The notes under the pieces are model-generated. The model did no database searches, was not told the DNA's origin, and was given only the letters and a program-made list of their open reading frames with translations. DNA of 64,000 nt from Lingula anatina. Taxonomy: Eukaryota > Animalia > Brachiopoda. Shown piece after piece: positions 1 to 14,284 of the stretch. Numbering within the stretch: position 1 is the stretch's first letter; every line of letters starts with the position of its first letter. The stretch is from positions 9,672,001-9,736,000 of the forward strand of contig CM120641.1 of NCBI GenBank assembly GCA_051362555.1, written 5' to 3'. The position numbers and the translations under genes are program-made.

Positions 1-721
1 GTGTCTCAGATTTAATTGCTGTTTGAGTGTCATTTTTTGGTTAAGAAATAAAAAGTTTAAACTACACAGCAATGTTTGGAAACACAGAATTGTTTTTTAC
101 AATAAGACAAATTCATCCCCATTCACACGAAAGCACCCCCATTGTAATCCAACACATACAAATACGGTATTTTGACAGACTTTCAAAGATGATAACCCAT
201 TGTTGTTACCCAGTATTGTGTTTGTGCATATATACAATCAATTTTGAGGCAGCAATAAAAAACGCATTCCATTTTGAGAAAAATACTTGAAAGCTGTTGA
301 AAATGATTTTTTTAAACCAAAAGCTGCCAATTAAAAGGGAGTTCAAAATATGAGATGCACTTATCTAAATTAGTTTTGACACTGTGAATGTCATTACTAC
401 AGGAAAGCCTCCATATACTTTTTTCTCTTAACTTATTAATTAGTTTTACAAAATGCCACCTTGGAGGATGAAAACTAATATGGAAACCCAAATCATGAGG
501 AAGTCAAAACAAATATCCTTTCCCATCTAAAAAAATACAGAAAGGGCATTTTGAACAATGCCCCAGACACAACATAAAAGCATTAGGTTTACTTTGTAAT
601 TGTCAGTTTGCAAATCTGAATAACCCCTCCAGCAGAATATCAAATTCAAAATGTCATTAATTTTTATTTGACTGTCAGCAGGAAAAAAGTAAAATCTGTC
701 TTGATTCTCTTGGCAGTTTGC

Positions 722-769
722 CTGACCGCAGAGAGCAGTGGGATGACAGTTAGTTTTAAGGTGTGGCAA
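722..769 (-). CDS. Candidate neurexin alternative micro-exon (LPHLKTNCHPTALCGQ) at the SS2-equivalent position
   Basis: Preceded by ttaattgttttgtcttctag, phase 0 like the upstream donor at 1258, 48 nt with no stop. The donor would be a weak GC (cag|gcaaac). Confidence 0.35.
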
Positions 770-1258
770 CTAGAAGACAAAACAATTAACTGTACAATAA
801 ATTAAGGATAAATGGGATGTTTTGACCCTGATAAAAAGGGAGGTTTCAGACTGATAATATGTCCATTAGAATAAGAATTGCAAAATGTGCATTGACCACT
901 AGAAAATGAGAACAGTGCAACCATCGAAAATGAGAACAGTGCAGTGTTAAAATGTGAACGTAGTGTGCATACTGGCATGCACGTAAACATGAGATGTAGC
1001 CTGCACACATGCACTTAGTAACTCCAGAAGTCTATCAGAATTCATTTCAGTTTAATTCATTACTATTCAAAATCAGTTAAATGGTGGAGCAAATGGAATG
1101 AAGCAATCATTATGGGAAAGTGAAACACTTTTGTGTCTAAAAATGATCCTAAGGAGTTAAACCACTTTTTAGAGGATGATTATGTTAACATGATCAAATT
1201 TTGTTCATAGATTTCATCAAAAATTCAGACAAATTAATACTACAATTCATGCTCTTAC

Positions 1259-4200
1259 CTCTCTAGATCTTCTCTCTACCACTACGTGGTGCCACTGGTT
1301 GTCATTGTACTTTTCGGTGAGGACTGGGTGCTGAAACTCTCCCGCACCCAGGTTGACACTGACCATTATCACACCATCTACTAAGGCCACCAGCAGAAAA
1401 TCACTCCCATCCCCTAAAACAAGGAAAATTTTCAAGGTTTTTTTTTTTTTTTTTTTTTTGTTTTATTCTTTATGCTCCATTAGTTTAGTGTTTCTTCACA
1501 TGACTGATATAGTAACTAAACACATGAGAACAGGATTTTAAAACCGAGTTACGTATTAATTTTCTCTTTATTAACATTTAGTTTTTAATTATTCAATAAT
1601 CAATAAAACATAATTATCATTTTTGCAGTTTTAACAACATATTTTTAAGTTGACTAGTCCAAGTCTTGCTGGAAGGCTATCCTGTCCATAAGGGGTAATA
1701 TTACACAATTCTTAACAGCATATTAACAACCAATTTTATTATGTACTACTGTTAGTGAGGGCATTCAAAAAATGTGAAAATCAAACTTAAACAGGGTTTT
1801 AGACCCACGAAAATTCAAAGTCACACATAAAAAAATTGAAAAATGAAATTTTCAAAGAAACTTTGTAACTTCAAAAAAAATAATCAAATAAACTACTGTT
1901 GTATTTTTATCCATTAGTTCATATTCCTGTACGTTTACCTTTAATTGCATTTATCATATGCTCTTTGTAATCACAGCAATAGTGACTGCTACGATACCTG
2001 TGTAAAATAGGATCCCATTGGTCTGTCTGGTCTTGAAAAAAAATGACACTTCATCATTTTTGCTGACTATGGGATCACCTCGATTTGACAAGTCATAGCT
2101 GAGATACTCTTGTCCAGAGAATGTTGCCTCTGATGGAATAGTTTCTGGAAATGGAAAAAAGGAGATGTCTAACACTAGTAGCCATGATCAGATGATAATA
2201 CTGAACCAGTGCTTCTTTGCATTAAATAATTTCATAGCAAGTATATGCTGACACTTTTTTGATGAAATTCAAAATATTTTTAAACATTCATGGAAAAAAA
2301 ATGAAAAAATGACCCATTTAAGAATCGTGGTGACTTAGAATAAACCACTATTACAACTAATATCATATTATTAGTAATCTAAAAACACTATGTGATTGCT
2401 TTTATATTATGCAGCTGAACTTTTTCATTTTTTCTCTTTTGTTTTAAAAAATGAAGACCAAAACCTATTTGCAGGCTTGGGTGCACCACTTGATATTTTG
2501 CATTGTTGAAACAAGAAATGTTAGCCCTTGAAATCCACTCAGAGAATACTTTTGTGTGATCAGCAGCCTACAACATTTGGTTCTCTCCAGTGGCTTCCAC
2601 TGCTGACAAATATGTTAACAATGGATTCTTGGGTTACTGAAAAAGTGGTTCCATTTTTTCTTCCTTGAGAACCTATTATATCACCCTTTCATATCTATGG
2701 GAAAAACCAGAGAAATAAATCTTTCAAAAAAAAATAATAATAATAAAACAAGGATGGATGGATGGATGGATGGAAGGAAGGAAGGATAAATGAAAGAATA
2801 AAATGACACAGTAAAAAGATTAACAAAACAATAACAAATATATGAGCCTGCAGGAACTCAGTAAAGACTAAACACACTCATGAAAAAGCCAATCATTTCA
2901 TTTTCAAGGATAGACATTTCCAGTGATCCTCACACTTTTCCAAGAGTATTACATGTTTGCCATTTTCGAGAAGCAGCAAGAAAAGAGACTTCTTTACTAA
3001 AATTCCACTTCATCGTAAAGCAGGAAAGATGTTTAATGCACTTGCCCCCAAGAGACAGCACTGAGATATCTCTATCTTAATATTTCACACCAGCAGAAGA
3101 CCAGCTGTCAGAGAGAGATTCCAGAAACTGGCATGCAGTATTGCCTGGAATGTGCACAGATCAGAGGTGAGCAATCAACAGGGCAGATGATTGTATCTCA
3201 GGATTCAATGGAGAAGGGTCTTCATTACCATATATACATTTATCTAAGGTCTTAAACTGACTGATTTCAGTTCAATGAAAATGGGAAATGTCTCATGTAT
3301 ATTTTGATTCGACTGGTTATCATTTTACTGTTTCAAGTACAATGGAGCACATTGCCTGGGACAATTTTTTTGGGAGAAAATGTCTGTTGAAAACACTTAC
3401 TGTTAATTGTCTGCTAAGCAAAATAAACACAGGGTAAAAATTTGCAGTTCATTAAATGCGCACTTCACAGATATCCTTTTAGAACTCTTTCCTTATCCTT
3501 AAACTGTAAAGTTCACTTGAAGAAGAAAAGTACACATTTCAGGACAAACTTAATCCCATAAGAAACTTAAAAATGGAATAATAACTAGTGCATACCTTTC
3601 CAACAAAACAAACATAATAACATGGTATGTTTGAAGCAAAATTTCCATGTAGAACAACTTTTGGTGCTTGTTTACCATTTTCTATGTGGGATCATTTTCA
3701 TGTACAATTGTCTGTATCACCAGTTAAATTATCATGTCTTCTTTTTATTACTATTTTTACTTGATGTGACAATACCATGTATCAATCAAGCTGAAATCTT
3801 CTTCATCTTCTTCACTCATGATGTGACTTCAAAGGACAAGAGGCACAATACAAACATTCTAATTTTAAAAAAAATGACATTGGCAAAGATGCAAATAACC
3901 CACAAATCATTTTAATTCAATTAGAAAATTAGAGTTGTTCTATAGTTTTGACTGTCTAACAGGTGTCAATGTAGTGCTTTTCCAGATAACCTAAAGGGCA
4001 TATCTAGTGAGAAACATTCAACCAGGCAGGTAAGGTCACGCAGGATTATCCCTCTGATAGCAGAGATAATCTCAAATTGCCACCTCCATTAACTAAATCC
4101 ACACGGATATTTGCTCTCTAACCAAGCTTCAGGGTAAATAACAAATACACTCAAATATATAATCCAGACTTTCAACATTCAATTTTTCAAACCTGAAATT

Positions 4201-6074
4201 TGTTCTCATTTTCTAGTTTTTACCATCTTAAATGAATCGTCATTGAAAACATTCAATATGGTTATATCACATTTCAGGCCATATTTTTTTCTTCATTATA
4301 CTGCTATCTCATTAGTATAAAAAACTTTTTTTAATTTTCTTAATCCCAAAAGAATAAGCCAATACAAATACAGTGGTTTAATTACACTGCTGAGAAATAG
4401 AAATCAGGCAAACAGAAACACAAAGTGCAGCAGAGATTTATTTTTTGGTTTTGATTGGTCTAAGCATACTCGAGTTCATTTTGTCTACATAAGTGCAGAG
4501 TCTTTTTCTGTCGTGGCGCCTGCCCACCCAATAGTATATTGTTCAAGCTGAATATTCACTAAACACTCCTCATGTTATTCTTGTTAAGAGACCCACCAAT
4601 TCCCAATACACTTCAAATTTAATTAAATTTCTCGAACTTCACAGATCAATAGACAGACAAAGTCAGGTGAAAACTATGCCCCTGCTTTTCCCACCCAACT
4701 CACAGTATGGTCTGAGCATGAAAGAGAAATATGAGAAACATTACAATAGCAAATACAACAAATACCCCAGCCTAACATATCAAATAATGCTTGCTTTTTA
4801 ACAAACATGACTGAACTGCAACGTACACTGAGGAACGTTTACAGGATATTACCCCCACTGAATAGAATCAGAAGTCTGTGTATAGCACTCTATTAACAAG
4901 TATTTGACTGTACTTCCCAAAGGCATCAACTGCACTGAGCCCGATTTGATGTGACTGCATAAAAGTAATATTTAGAATTATTTACAGCACTTCGTATTTA
5001 TAAAAGTTAAGTCAACCTTACAAGTTAAGTGCTACAGCTGTGTTGCGTAAGCTTCTCGTTATGTGCCTTATTTGAGGAGATTGAGTTAACTAATCTAACT
5101 CAATTGAAAAAACAAAAAGGAAAGATTTCAACTTTGATATATCACTTACTTAAGGTTACACAACTTTCATTATTTCTGACTGCCAGGAAGGTTTTCCCTT
5201 TCATACTTAGCATAGTTGCCCGAGTCACCTTTGAGAGAGCAGGCAAAGTAACCTGTTATGCAAATATTGACAAAGGATTAAGCAGTGAAAATACAATGCA
5301 AATCCTAGCATACCTAGGTGGCATTTATCACAGAACCTCTTCAGACCCGAAGACTGGTTGACATTACTAAAAGACTAGTACAAATGATGAAATAATAACT
5401 CCAATTTACTGGTAAACTACAAATTAATCCCAGCCATTCAAAACACCTAAGCCCTTTGCAGTATCTTGATTTACGTTGCAAAGATCATAATTCTCTCTGC
5501 CGCTCAGAAATCTCAAACTGGATCGGGACAAAACATCAGAAGTTGTATTTCAGAGGAGACTGGCAGATCTGTGCCATTTGCCCCATCAAACACTGGCTAA
5601 AACCACCTAACCAAGAGATAAGGCACGTCGCAAAAACAGCAATGGTAGTATTACTGCTAAGACTGGTTGATGGCTTTTTGCATGAGAACAAATACCAATC
5701 ACTTAAGGGTCCTTTCGTGACTAATATCTCATTATTACTTAAATGACAATATTATCATTTAACATCGGTTGTAACATCACCCTTGAGGATACACACTGTC
5801 TGCGGGATCATACAGGAAGCTTTGGAACCTAAAGACAATCAAATCCCCTCCCCTTTCTCTCTGACTCCAGACAGTGTTCAAGAAGACTTGTGCAGTTATA
5901 TTCGATTAGATTTCTATCATGCTTGACAAGCTCTAGTGCATCACCATGCTATGAATAATGGATTTTTTTTGGTTCCTGGAAGAATCCCAAGTATTTAATC
6001 TGTACTCATAACATATATTTTTGCATCATTTGAAACCCCTGTGACAGTATTTCTATTAAAAACAAAAGCCCTTT

Positions 6075-6133
<59 letters not shown>

Positions 6134-9100
6134 AAAATAGATTAAATCAATGCAGCCAATGAAAGTACTAATGTTATATTCCATGGTAACATAAATAAAC
6201 ATTAACAATTTCTTTTGGTCTTAATAGAATTCCGTGATAAGATGATTTAACATTCATAACTTGCTCTGGCCAATGACGGCCTACAAAGGCCTCAGCAGCT
6301 AACAATCTATCATAAGTTATTCTAATATTGTATAAAAGGTAAAAAAAATTCTACTATATGAACCCAAGGGAGGCAGTGGATATAGTGCATTAAGTATTTT
6401 TAGAGGAACATTAATCTTGACCACTAAAACCCATGATTAGAAAATAAATTATTCTTTAAATTGGCAACCTCATTAACAAAATGACAGTCACTGGAGATGG
6501 TAAATTGACTTTCATCTTACAGAGTTTCCTTGGTAATTCTGAGATGAAAAATGGATGTCATCAATCTGTTCTTTGACAAAATACTCTTACAGTTTCTCAA
6601 GAGACAGTTCTGCCATTAAGGATTCATTTTTACTGGGTATTTTAAGGCTTTTATACACAACATACTTCCTTCCATTTTGTGCTGAATAAAATGCTGAAAT
6701 AATTAACCAATATACTACAACTGGATATTAAAACATTTGAAAGGTCTTAGACTTACAAAAAAAAAAAAATTCCACACTTGAACATCTCAATGTCTCGAAA
6801 CCACCTTTGTGTATGAAACCTTTACAAATGATGCTTTTTAATTGATCTTACTCTGTATCATCAAAATACTAGAAAGATATCTTGCTATGAAGAAAATGTC
6901 CAATATATTGGCTGGACTTCTATTAACCTGACACTACATAGTATGTACATGTAGGTACTAAGGTAAAAATCAATACCTTTATCAGGAAAAATTGGAATAA
7001 AGTAGAGAGTATAGACCATAAACATTTACCACATGCAAACATCATATAGCAAGCTAGAAAAGTTGACTGGAGGTAGGGAAGGCTCAGTTGGGGGGGGGGG
7101 GGTATGAAAATGAATACCATCATCATCATTATTATTATCCTCCCAGATTGTCACATGGCTCAAATTGAGTATACAATAACATTCCCTCACAGGAGACCTA
7201 TCACAAACCTATTGGTATGATATACAGCTAGCATTTTATAATGTTTATCAAAATTGATCATATTTACTTTCATGTGAGATTCCAAAGTCTGCATTAGTAA
7301 ATTTTATAGGTAACTTGGGCATAAGAACTACATGGCAGAAAGAGAAATCACCAGCTAATAGAGGTTCCTGCAAGTCCAAAGCAACACATAGCCCTAGGCC
7401 ACAAAACTGCTTCATCTATACCAATGTACATCCATAATATCATGGGAAAAGGAAGCACATTATAATAGTTCAATAACTCTCCACAGACATGGCTTACAAC
7501 AGCAAGTGTGTTATCTTCTGTTGCTCAGTCCTTTTCCTAGTAAGCTAGAGCCCAAGCTGATCTTCCCAAGAGGACCAAAAGCATTCAGATCAACTGCCTT
7601 TCACTTGTTGTGTATTCACTGAGAGGGGGTTTACACATGTAACACTTGTAAAATTGCACATAAACAGCTGTAACCGGTAAATCAAGATAATGTTTTCCAC
7701 AGAGATTCATGATAACGGATAGAGAGGAGTGTGTTCTTTTCTATTTTAGAGAGGTGGGGTTGTGGGGGGGGGGGGGGGGGGGGGGAGAAAAAGAATCCAA
7801 AGGAACCTTTGCAGGAAGAGAAGCATAAGAGTCGTGTTAAATTCACATCAACACAATTTTGAAAAAGAGGAAGTAAATATGACTGAAAATATGCAACTTT
7901 TTGTGTAAGCAATATGCAATCACCCATGCATGCATGTGCATATGTGTACCTGCATTAAATGAAAATGTCTATTTTCTAAACCAACCCACATAAACAAATG
8001 CCAACATTTCCAATGTTTACCTCTTTTTTCTCACTTTCTGCCTAATTTTCCATAAGATTCTATATTGATTTCTTCAGTTTTATCCCTGCCAACTATTTCC
8101 CTTCAATCCATGACATTATCTACTCATGCTTAATGCTTGCCCAGTGGGTTCCTCCATTACTGTTGATCAGAATAATTAACACAATACAAAAATAATCCCA
8201 GTTATTGGAACCAAGTTACATATTCAGTTTATGATTTTTGGATGAAAAAAGCTCAAGTGTTTTCAAGTAATCAATGATTCCCATGGCTGCCATCTTATTT
8301 AATTATCAAACGCTTACTCACACAAGCACAGGATAAATAGCAGTAAAACCCCAGTTTTCTCAGTATTCCAATCAATGGCTGAATCCCCCTAGCCATGATA
8401 TTGACCTTTGTTTAGACAATTTATTTATTTTTAGCTGTTAATAATAGTATAAACATTCCACTTGTTAAAATATCTGCAAGTCAAATGAATATGAAAAATA
8501 TTAACATAGTGAACTGAGCCAATTAAAGGATAGCATTATGAAGGCATGTTAGTCCGCTACCTAGAATTTTTAGCCACTGCAAAACTGTTTCAGAGCATGC
8601 CATTCTGATATTACACCATCCACATGCTGGTCAGCCACACTTTATTTCTAGAATTAAGAGACCAGATTGTAATTCATCTCACCACAGCACTGCTGCAGCC
8701 TGCCATCAGTATTCATTTCAGTGTGAAAAGAAATATGGTTAACACAGTAAAGAACGAATTTCCATCGACTTTAACACTGCTAGTTTAATAAAAGTGTCTA
8801 CTCTGGCAATATTTTCTATTAAATTACTGGATATAAAAATTGACATGGTTCAATCTGTCACCCTGGGCAGAGAGTACAAGCCGCATTAAGCATTGATTTC
8901 AGCATGCCACCAAAATCAATACCTTCATACAGGCATAATCCTTTTAGATCAATTACAACATGTATTGCCCATGCCTTCACAGAACAAACTATTAGTACTA
9001 AAGACAAACACTGGGGTAAAATGTAAAAGAAGGTCAATCAAGGGCTTTTTGCTGCATCAATATAGTCTTCAATGGGTAATTTTCCAGAAGACCCATTAAT

Positions 9101-12100
9101 ATATCTTTTCATTGGGCTAGGTTAAATATTTCTATTTCATCGCCTCTGATATAAATCTATAACTAACTGACAGCTTCCTTGAGCTTTCACGATGTTTTGG
9201 AGCAAGTAATCAGTTGAGCTATTCTGTCCATAGGCACACAGACTAAGATCCATTTTTTCTATCTAATTTTCACAGCTGACTGTCAGCTAAGGTTGACATT
9301 AAAGGCTGTTTAACTGCACAGCATCCTTGGGCCTTTACTGGCAAGATATCTAAAATTCAATGAAGCTTAGAGCCGGGAGCTCTTGGATCGTGTTGTGCCT
9401 AATTACCTGAGTGCCTATTCGAGCATTCATTTTTGAAGACTTCCTAGAGACACTAACACTAAGAGTCAACTTTGGGGAATATTAGATGAATACCAAGAAT
9501 TGGCTGAATTTTTCAATAGTGGCCATCTCTAAATATATAATGGAGGCTCTCTGACAGGAGTTAGATTATTGCTGACATGTCTTCAGGGAAGGATACAGTT
9601 ATAAGCACAACTCTAGAGAGATATCAATTTCGATCTTACAAATATTACTTTTTTTATAAATTAATAAACATGAACATTGGCACACAAGTCCCAAAACGTG
9701 CATGCACTTTTAAAAAGATGACTAAAACCTTTTTGGGGGGAATGTAATGTAATGTAATGTAATGTAATGTAATGTAATGTGGACAAGCTACAAATAAATG
9801 AAAAACTTTCTTGTCCCTGAAAAGAAATTCCAGCAGATCCAGTATGTTCATATTTGCCTGATGATTGACACTGAAACCAGTGAAATTTCCTGAAATCCAA
9901 TTATCCATGCTGACAGTTGTGTGCATGATTAACTAAATGAATCCCTCTTCCTAAAATGATGAAATGAAGCCGAAGGGACATCATCCCAACATTGTGTAAC
10001 ATAATTAACAAAAATAATCAGTACCCTAGCTTATTGATACAATTTCAAGTTAGCCCAACATAACTAAAAAGCATAAGTTATAATTTTTAGTTTGATCACA
10101 AATAATGTTTAGTTTGGTCACAAATAAGATATATAGCAATTTATGTCTACTGGTTTATATTACACAGTAAACATTGTTTAATTGCTTTGATGAGGTGAAT
10201 GAAAAAAAATTAAGTCCACAATTCTGAAAATAATTATCTTACAAGCAAGGCATATAAAAAACAAAATCACTATTCTTAGGAAGTTCCTCCATTTAAAAAG
10301 CAATATCTCTTCTATTCCAGCATAAATTTACTAAAAAAGATGACAACTTCTGACTTTAACAGAAAGTAGAAAAATTCAAACCCAACTCTCATTTTCTCAG
10401 TTATCAAAGAGAACTATATCTGCATGCCTTTAAACGTACAAAAGCAATTCTAAGAAGACCTGCAAAAGTGCAATTGTAATCAGCATCTGATGGTCAATAG
10501 TTCTGATTCATCCATCTTCTCTAACAGGAAAAGAGGTGCATGCAACAAAGGGATATTGACAGCAAGATGTCAACATCAGTTATCAATCACTGTCCCTGTG
10601 TCTGCCCACCTAGAAATCAGCAGCTTTGGCAAGAAACTTTATGTTGTCGCATGCCAAGATGCCTTGAATAGCGACAATCAAATCTTTGATTTCAATATTT
10701 CTTTATTTAAAAAAAAGTTTTCACAATCATTTGGATTATTTCAAAAAAGAACTTTTCTGTCAAATGTTATCCCTTGCCCTTCCTTCCCCACTTATTATGA
10801 TTACTGCATCCCCAACTTTGGATATGTAAGCCTAAAACTAGACATAGGAATGTTGCATGTGTATAACCAATAGATTGCTGTTCTATAACATTGCATGTCT
10901 GTAAGTAATGGGGCATGGAATGACAAAGTAAAGACCTAAAAAAATGTCCTTAACGACCTGAACAAAGGTGTGTCAGGCATCCAGACATGGCACTTATGAT
11001 AAGGTCAAGTTATTAAAGAAAAGTAACAGAAGATGACTGTTGTTATGACAATTGCCTAAATGTCATTTACTTTGCCCATGACATGAGAGCAAGAAGTTCC
11101 AACATCACATTTAGATCTTCAGACAGTGATGAGTATGTTTGTCAACAGAGAAGCTGTCTGGCGGTTAGGCAATGGAGATAGAAATCATGTGGTATGTGAC
11201 ATAGTATGAGGACAATGATGGTAACTTTGCATATCATTTTTAGCCAATCTTAAAGTCCTGGTATACATTTCAAATGGTTAAATAATACTCTCTCCGGGCC
11301 TCAAAGGCATTTTAAAGCATTGTTAAACAAAATTTCTAAACAAATTTTCTAAACAATTTTTTTATACTTTCTTTTAATTTGGAGAGAGAGAGAGAGAGTG
11401 AAAGAGAGAGATATAGGCAAAGAACTTAATCTGCAGATCCACCGTCCCCTCTATTCAAATGAAAAGGGATAAATCTTCCAGTATATTTGCATTAATCAAT
11501 TTACTTGCCTTTATCACAGTGATCCCCTTCAAAGTTTATTTGGCTACAGTCACAAATGGCACCCTTGTCTGTGCTCACACAAATTCCTCCATTCAAACAG
11601 GGGTCATATTTGGCACAAGGGTCACGATTGTTGGTCCGAACCCCTTGGGAGTCCAGCAGCAGAGGCCGTCCAAAAGGCTGCGAACAGTTCGAGTACATCA
11701 AATTTCGTATACTTCCTCTGAATCTTGGCTCGAATACCACAGAAGGCAAAGCTAATTCACTAAGTCTGGCCATGTATTGAGCAGGCAGTCCACCAATGAA
11801 TAAATAACTGTTTGTCTCCATTTTACCAAGTTGAAGATTACCTGCCCGTAATTTTTTTGATTGTTGCTGTTGGTCCACCTCCATTGTGACCTCCTGTCCA
11901 TCTCTCCTGATCAGAACACTATGCCACCTGTTGTCATGGAGATTTTCACCAAGGGTCAGTACAGTGGCTATACCTTCGCCAAAATTCACCCGAAGTCTTA
12001 CTGACCCACCGACCACTTTTGCTTCGAAAAAATCTAATTTCCCTCCATCGTCCAAGTACATTAACATCCCATTTAATTGCTCAGTTTTGAATTCAAATTT

Positions 12101-12238
12101 CAACGAACCATTTGTACAGGGGTTCCATTTGGTATACTTGGCGAATGATGTCGTAGAACCTTCAAGTTCAAAGGTATTACCTTCACAGTTAGTCCACAAC
12201 ACAAGGCAAATGCACGCTGTCACAATAAGTTGCCACAT
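1259..12238 (-). CDS. NRXN: Alpha-neurexin, 5' part (signal peptide, LNS1, EGF1, start of LNS2); gene continues beyond position 1
   Basis: Exon 12238-11509 encodes MWQLIVTACICLVLW (signal peptide), a laminin-G domain (FAKYTKWNPCTNGSLKFEFKT...LALPSVVFEPRFRGSIRN) and an EGF repeat (PCLNGGICVSTDKGAICDC). Exon 2144-1998 (EATFSGQEYLSYDLS...FKTRQTNGILFYTG) and exon 1413-1259 (DGSDFLLVALVDG...YNDNQWHHVVVERRSRE) match neurexin LNS2. Splice phases are compatible. Confidence 0.93.
6076..6131. repeat. (AG)n microsatellite
   Basis: Directly visible. Confidence 0.95.
9741..9780. repeat. (AATGT)n pentanucleotide repeat
   Basis: Eight tandem units visible. Confidence 0.95.
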
Positions 12239-12560
12239 GTTGGATAGGAAATGTCTGAAACAAGGATCAACAGACCCTGTGCTTAACCCAACTTAACAGT
12301 TCCACTCAACACTGGCGAGTAAAAACATACAACGACTGGGAATCAATTCCTTGAAAAGATACCAGGAACGCTTTGAATCATTCCGTGAAAAGAAAAAAGT
12401 CCTGGCAGCACCAATGGCCTCAATGAACACCCAGTCAGGAATTTCCTCTCACCAATGTGCCAAGCTAACAGGAGTAATCGTCTCTCCTCCCCTCTCTCTC
12501 TCAAGCTGAATTCCTTTCCTCTGTAGTCAGTCAGTATCCAATGTCCACCAGTGGTCAAGT
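12239..12560 (-). other. Probable 5'UTR part of the first coding neurexin exon
   Basis: Strong acceptor ttgtttgtcctttgtttcag at 12561-12580 on the minus strand. An alternative acceptor tgtttcag lies at 12255-12262. Confidence 0.5.
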
Positions 12561-13311
12561 CTGAAACAAAGGACAAACAATCTGCCCTGTACAGAGTTCA
12601 TCAATCATTTTTAAATGAATTAACACCTTTCATCATGGCTATCATTGCAGTGCATTTAGAACTTGATTTCTAATGAGTGATGCATCCATAACATACAACA
12701 TTAGGCCACTTTCTAACTACTGGACTCGTAATAATCAATTACCAGAGAGTAACAACTCATAGCATCCTGTACAGTATTATGTAAAATCTAAGACATACCA
12801 GAGTCATTGGTCTAAAAGGGGAATTTAATATATTAGTGCCCAAGGCACACTAGAGAGACACCTACATGAAAAGAGAAATTAATTTGTGTTACAGGCACAG
12901 TAAAGAGACACGCAATGGCCCGTAAAAAAGAAAGAAAAATATTATACAGCAATTATGGATCAATCATGTTTCCCTGAATGATTAAAGCATATCATCATCT
13001 TTCCTATCCTGGCTTAATAGGATCAAAACTCCCTGAGGATTTTAAAATGGAAAGTTATTCCTCACTGGGCTGTCTCGTTGTCCAAGTGCAAATGAATTCA
13101 CCTGTCAGCCTGAACTCCATTCGGCAATCCCTGGACACTCCTTATACACCAGCTATAGGCTGATTACTGGAGTCATTTTTGTCAAAATACCCTCCTACTT
13201 ACCCACGGAACCCAGCAATGTTGTCTGTAAAATATGTAAAGAACCTAGTGCCTCTCCAGTGTACATTCTTTTCAGTATGACATGTCTGGAGGGAATGCTT
13301 AAAATACTTAC

Positions 13312-14060
13312 AGTAGCAGAAATCTTCATCAACTGTTCATTTTCCTCTGCCGTGGCAAATCTTCAAAACCTACAATTCAAACATAACAAAGTACAAAATT
13401 TGAGCAAATTGTAAAATGAGGTAACTAATCTTGTTACGTGCACTGCTATTACAAATGGTTATAAAAAGTCGGCAAAAGTCTGTACTTTTTCTAAACATGT
13501 CACTGGTTTCGTGCAGTTTGCCCGTCCCATCTGTGCAAGATGGATCCAGCACTTGGGGGCAAATTTTGTATAAACATCCTTTTTGGTTGTGAAGCTGTAA
13601 TTTGCCATCACCACTACATGCTTATTTCATTATCTCGGAGTTTATAACACATTCCATTGGTCGGAAAGAAATACAAACTCAAGAAAATCAGAACCTTGGT
13701 TCTGGTCCCCCTTTCCATACCCTCGCAAAAACAGACCTGATATATGTTCAATACTGGTAAATCCAATGCTAGAAATCATCCATACCAAGGGCCAGTATTC
13801 TGCACTCTTTTCTCTGACAAAAGTATTGTCATAAAGCAAATCATCACTGATTCCCCAAACAACCTTGTACTGCACATAAAGATGAGAAGCACAGATGGTG
13901 GAAGAGGTAATGGGGTATTCTCTGCACAAATCTGATTTCGCAGAAAATTTGATGTTATTCGGACCAAACAACCCTCCAATCAATTGCCATCGATTCAGAC
14001 ATTAGTTGCTGTAACTGTTTCGTCACGATGTGGCCAGATTATCCATCACTCAGGGACTGA
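13312..14060 (-). other. Candidate non-coding neurexin exon / alternative promoter
   Basis: Minus-strand donor gtaagt at 13311-13306, internal acceptor ttgtag near 13370, and a local rise in CpG within an otherwise CpG-poor intron. Confidence 0.3.
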
Positions 14061-14241
14061 TAACCAATAATGCTGGCCCTGTTCTGCCTATCATCACTAG
14101 CATACTAATTAGCACACACACAGATTTGCCAAAACTGTATATTATTAGATTTACTACCCTAACAATAACCCCACAGAGTTTGTCATTCTATTAAGTGAAA
14201 TTGTACTTCACTAAACAGATTGCTTAAATTCATTTATGTCC

Positions 14242-14244
<3 letters not shown>

Positions 14245-14280
<36 letters not shown>
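14245..14280. repeat. (GA)n microsatellite
   Basis: Directly visible. Confidence 0.95.

Positions 14281-14284
<4 letters not shown>

Noticed and set aside
902-943. Direct repeat gaaaatgagaacagtgca, two copies
   Set aside because: Only two units, a simple local duplication and not an array.
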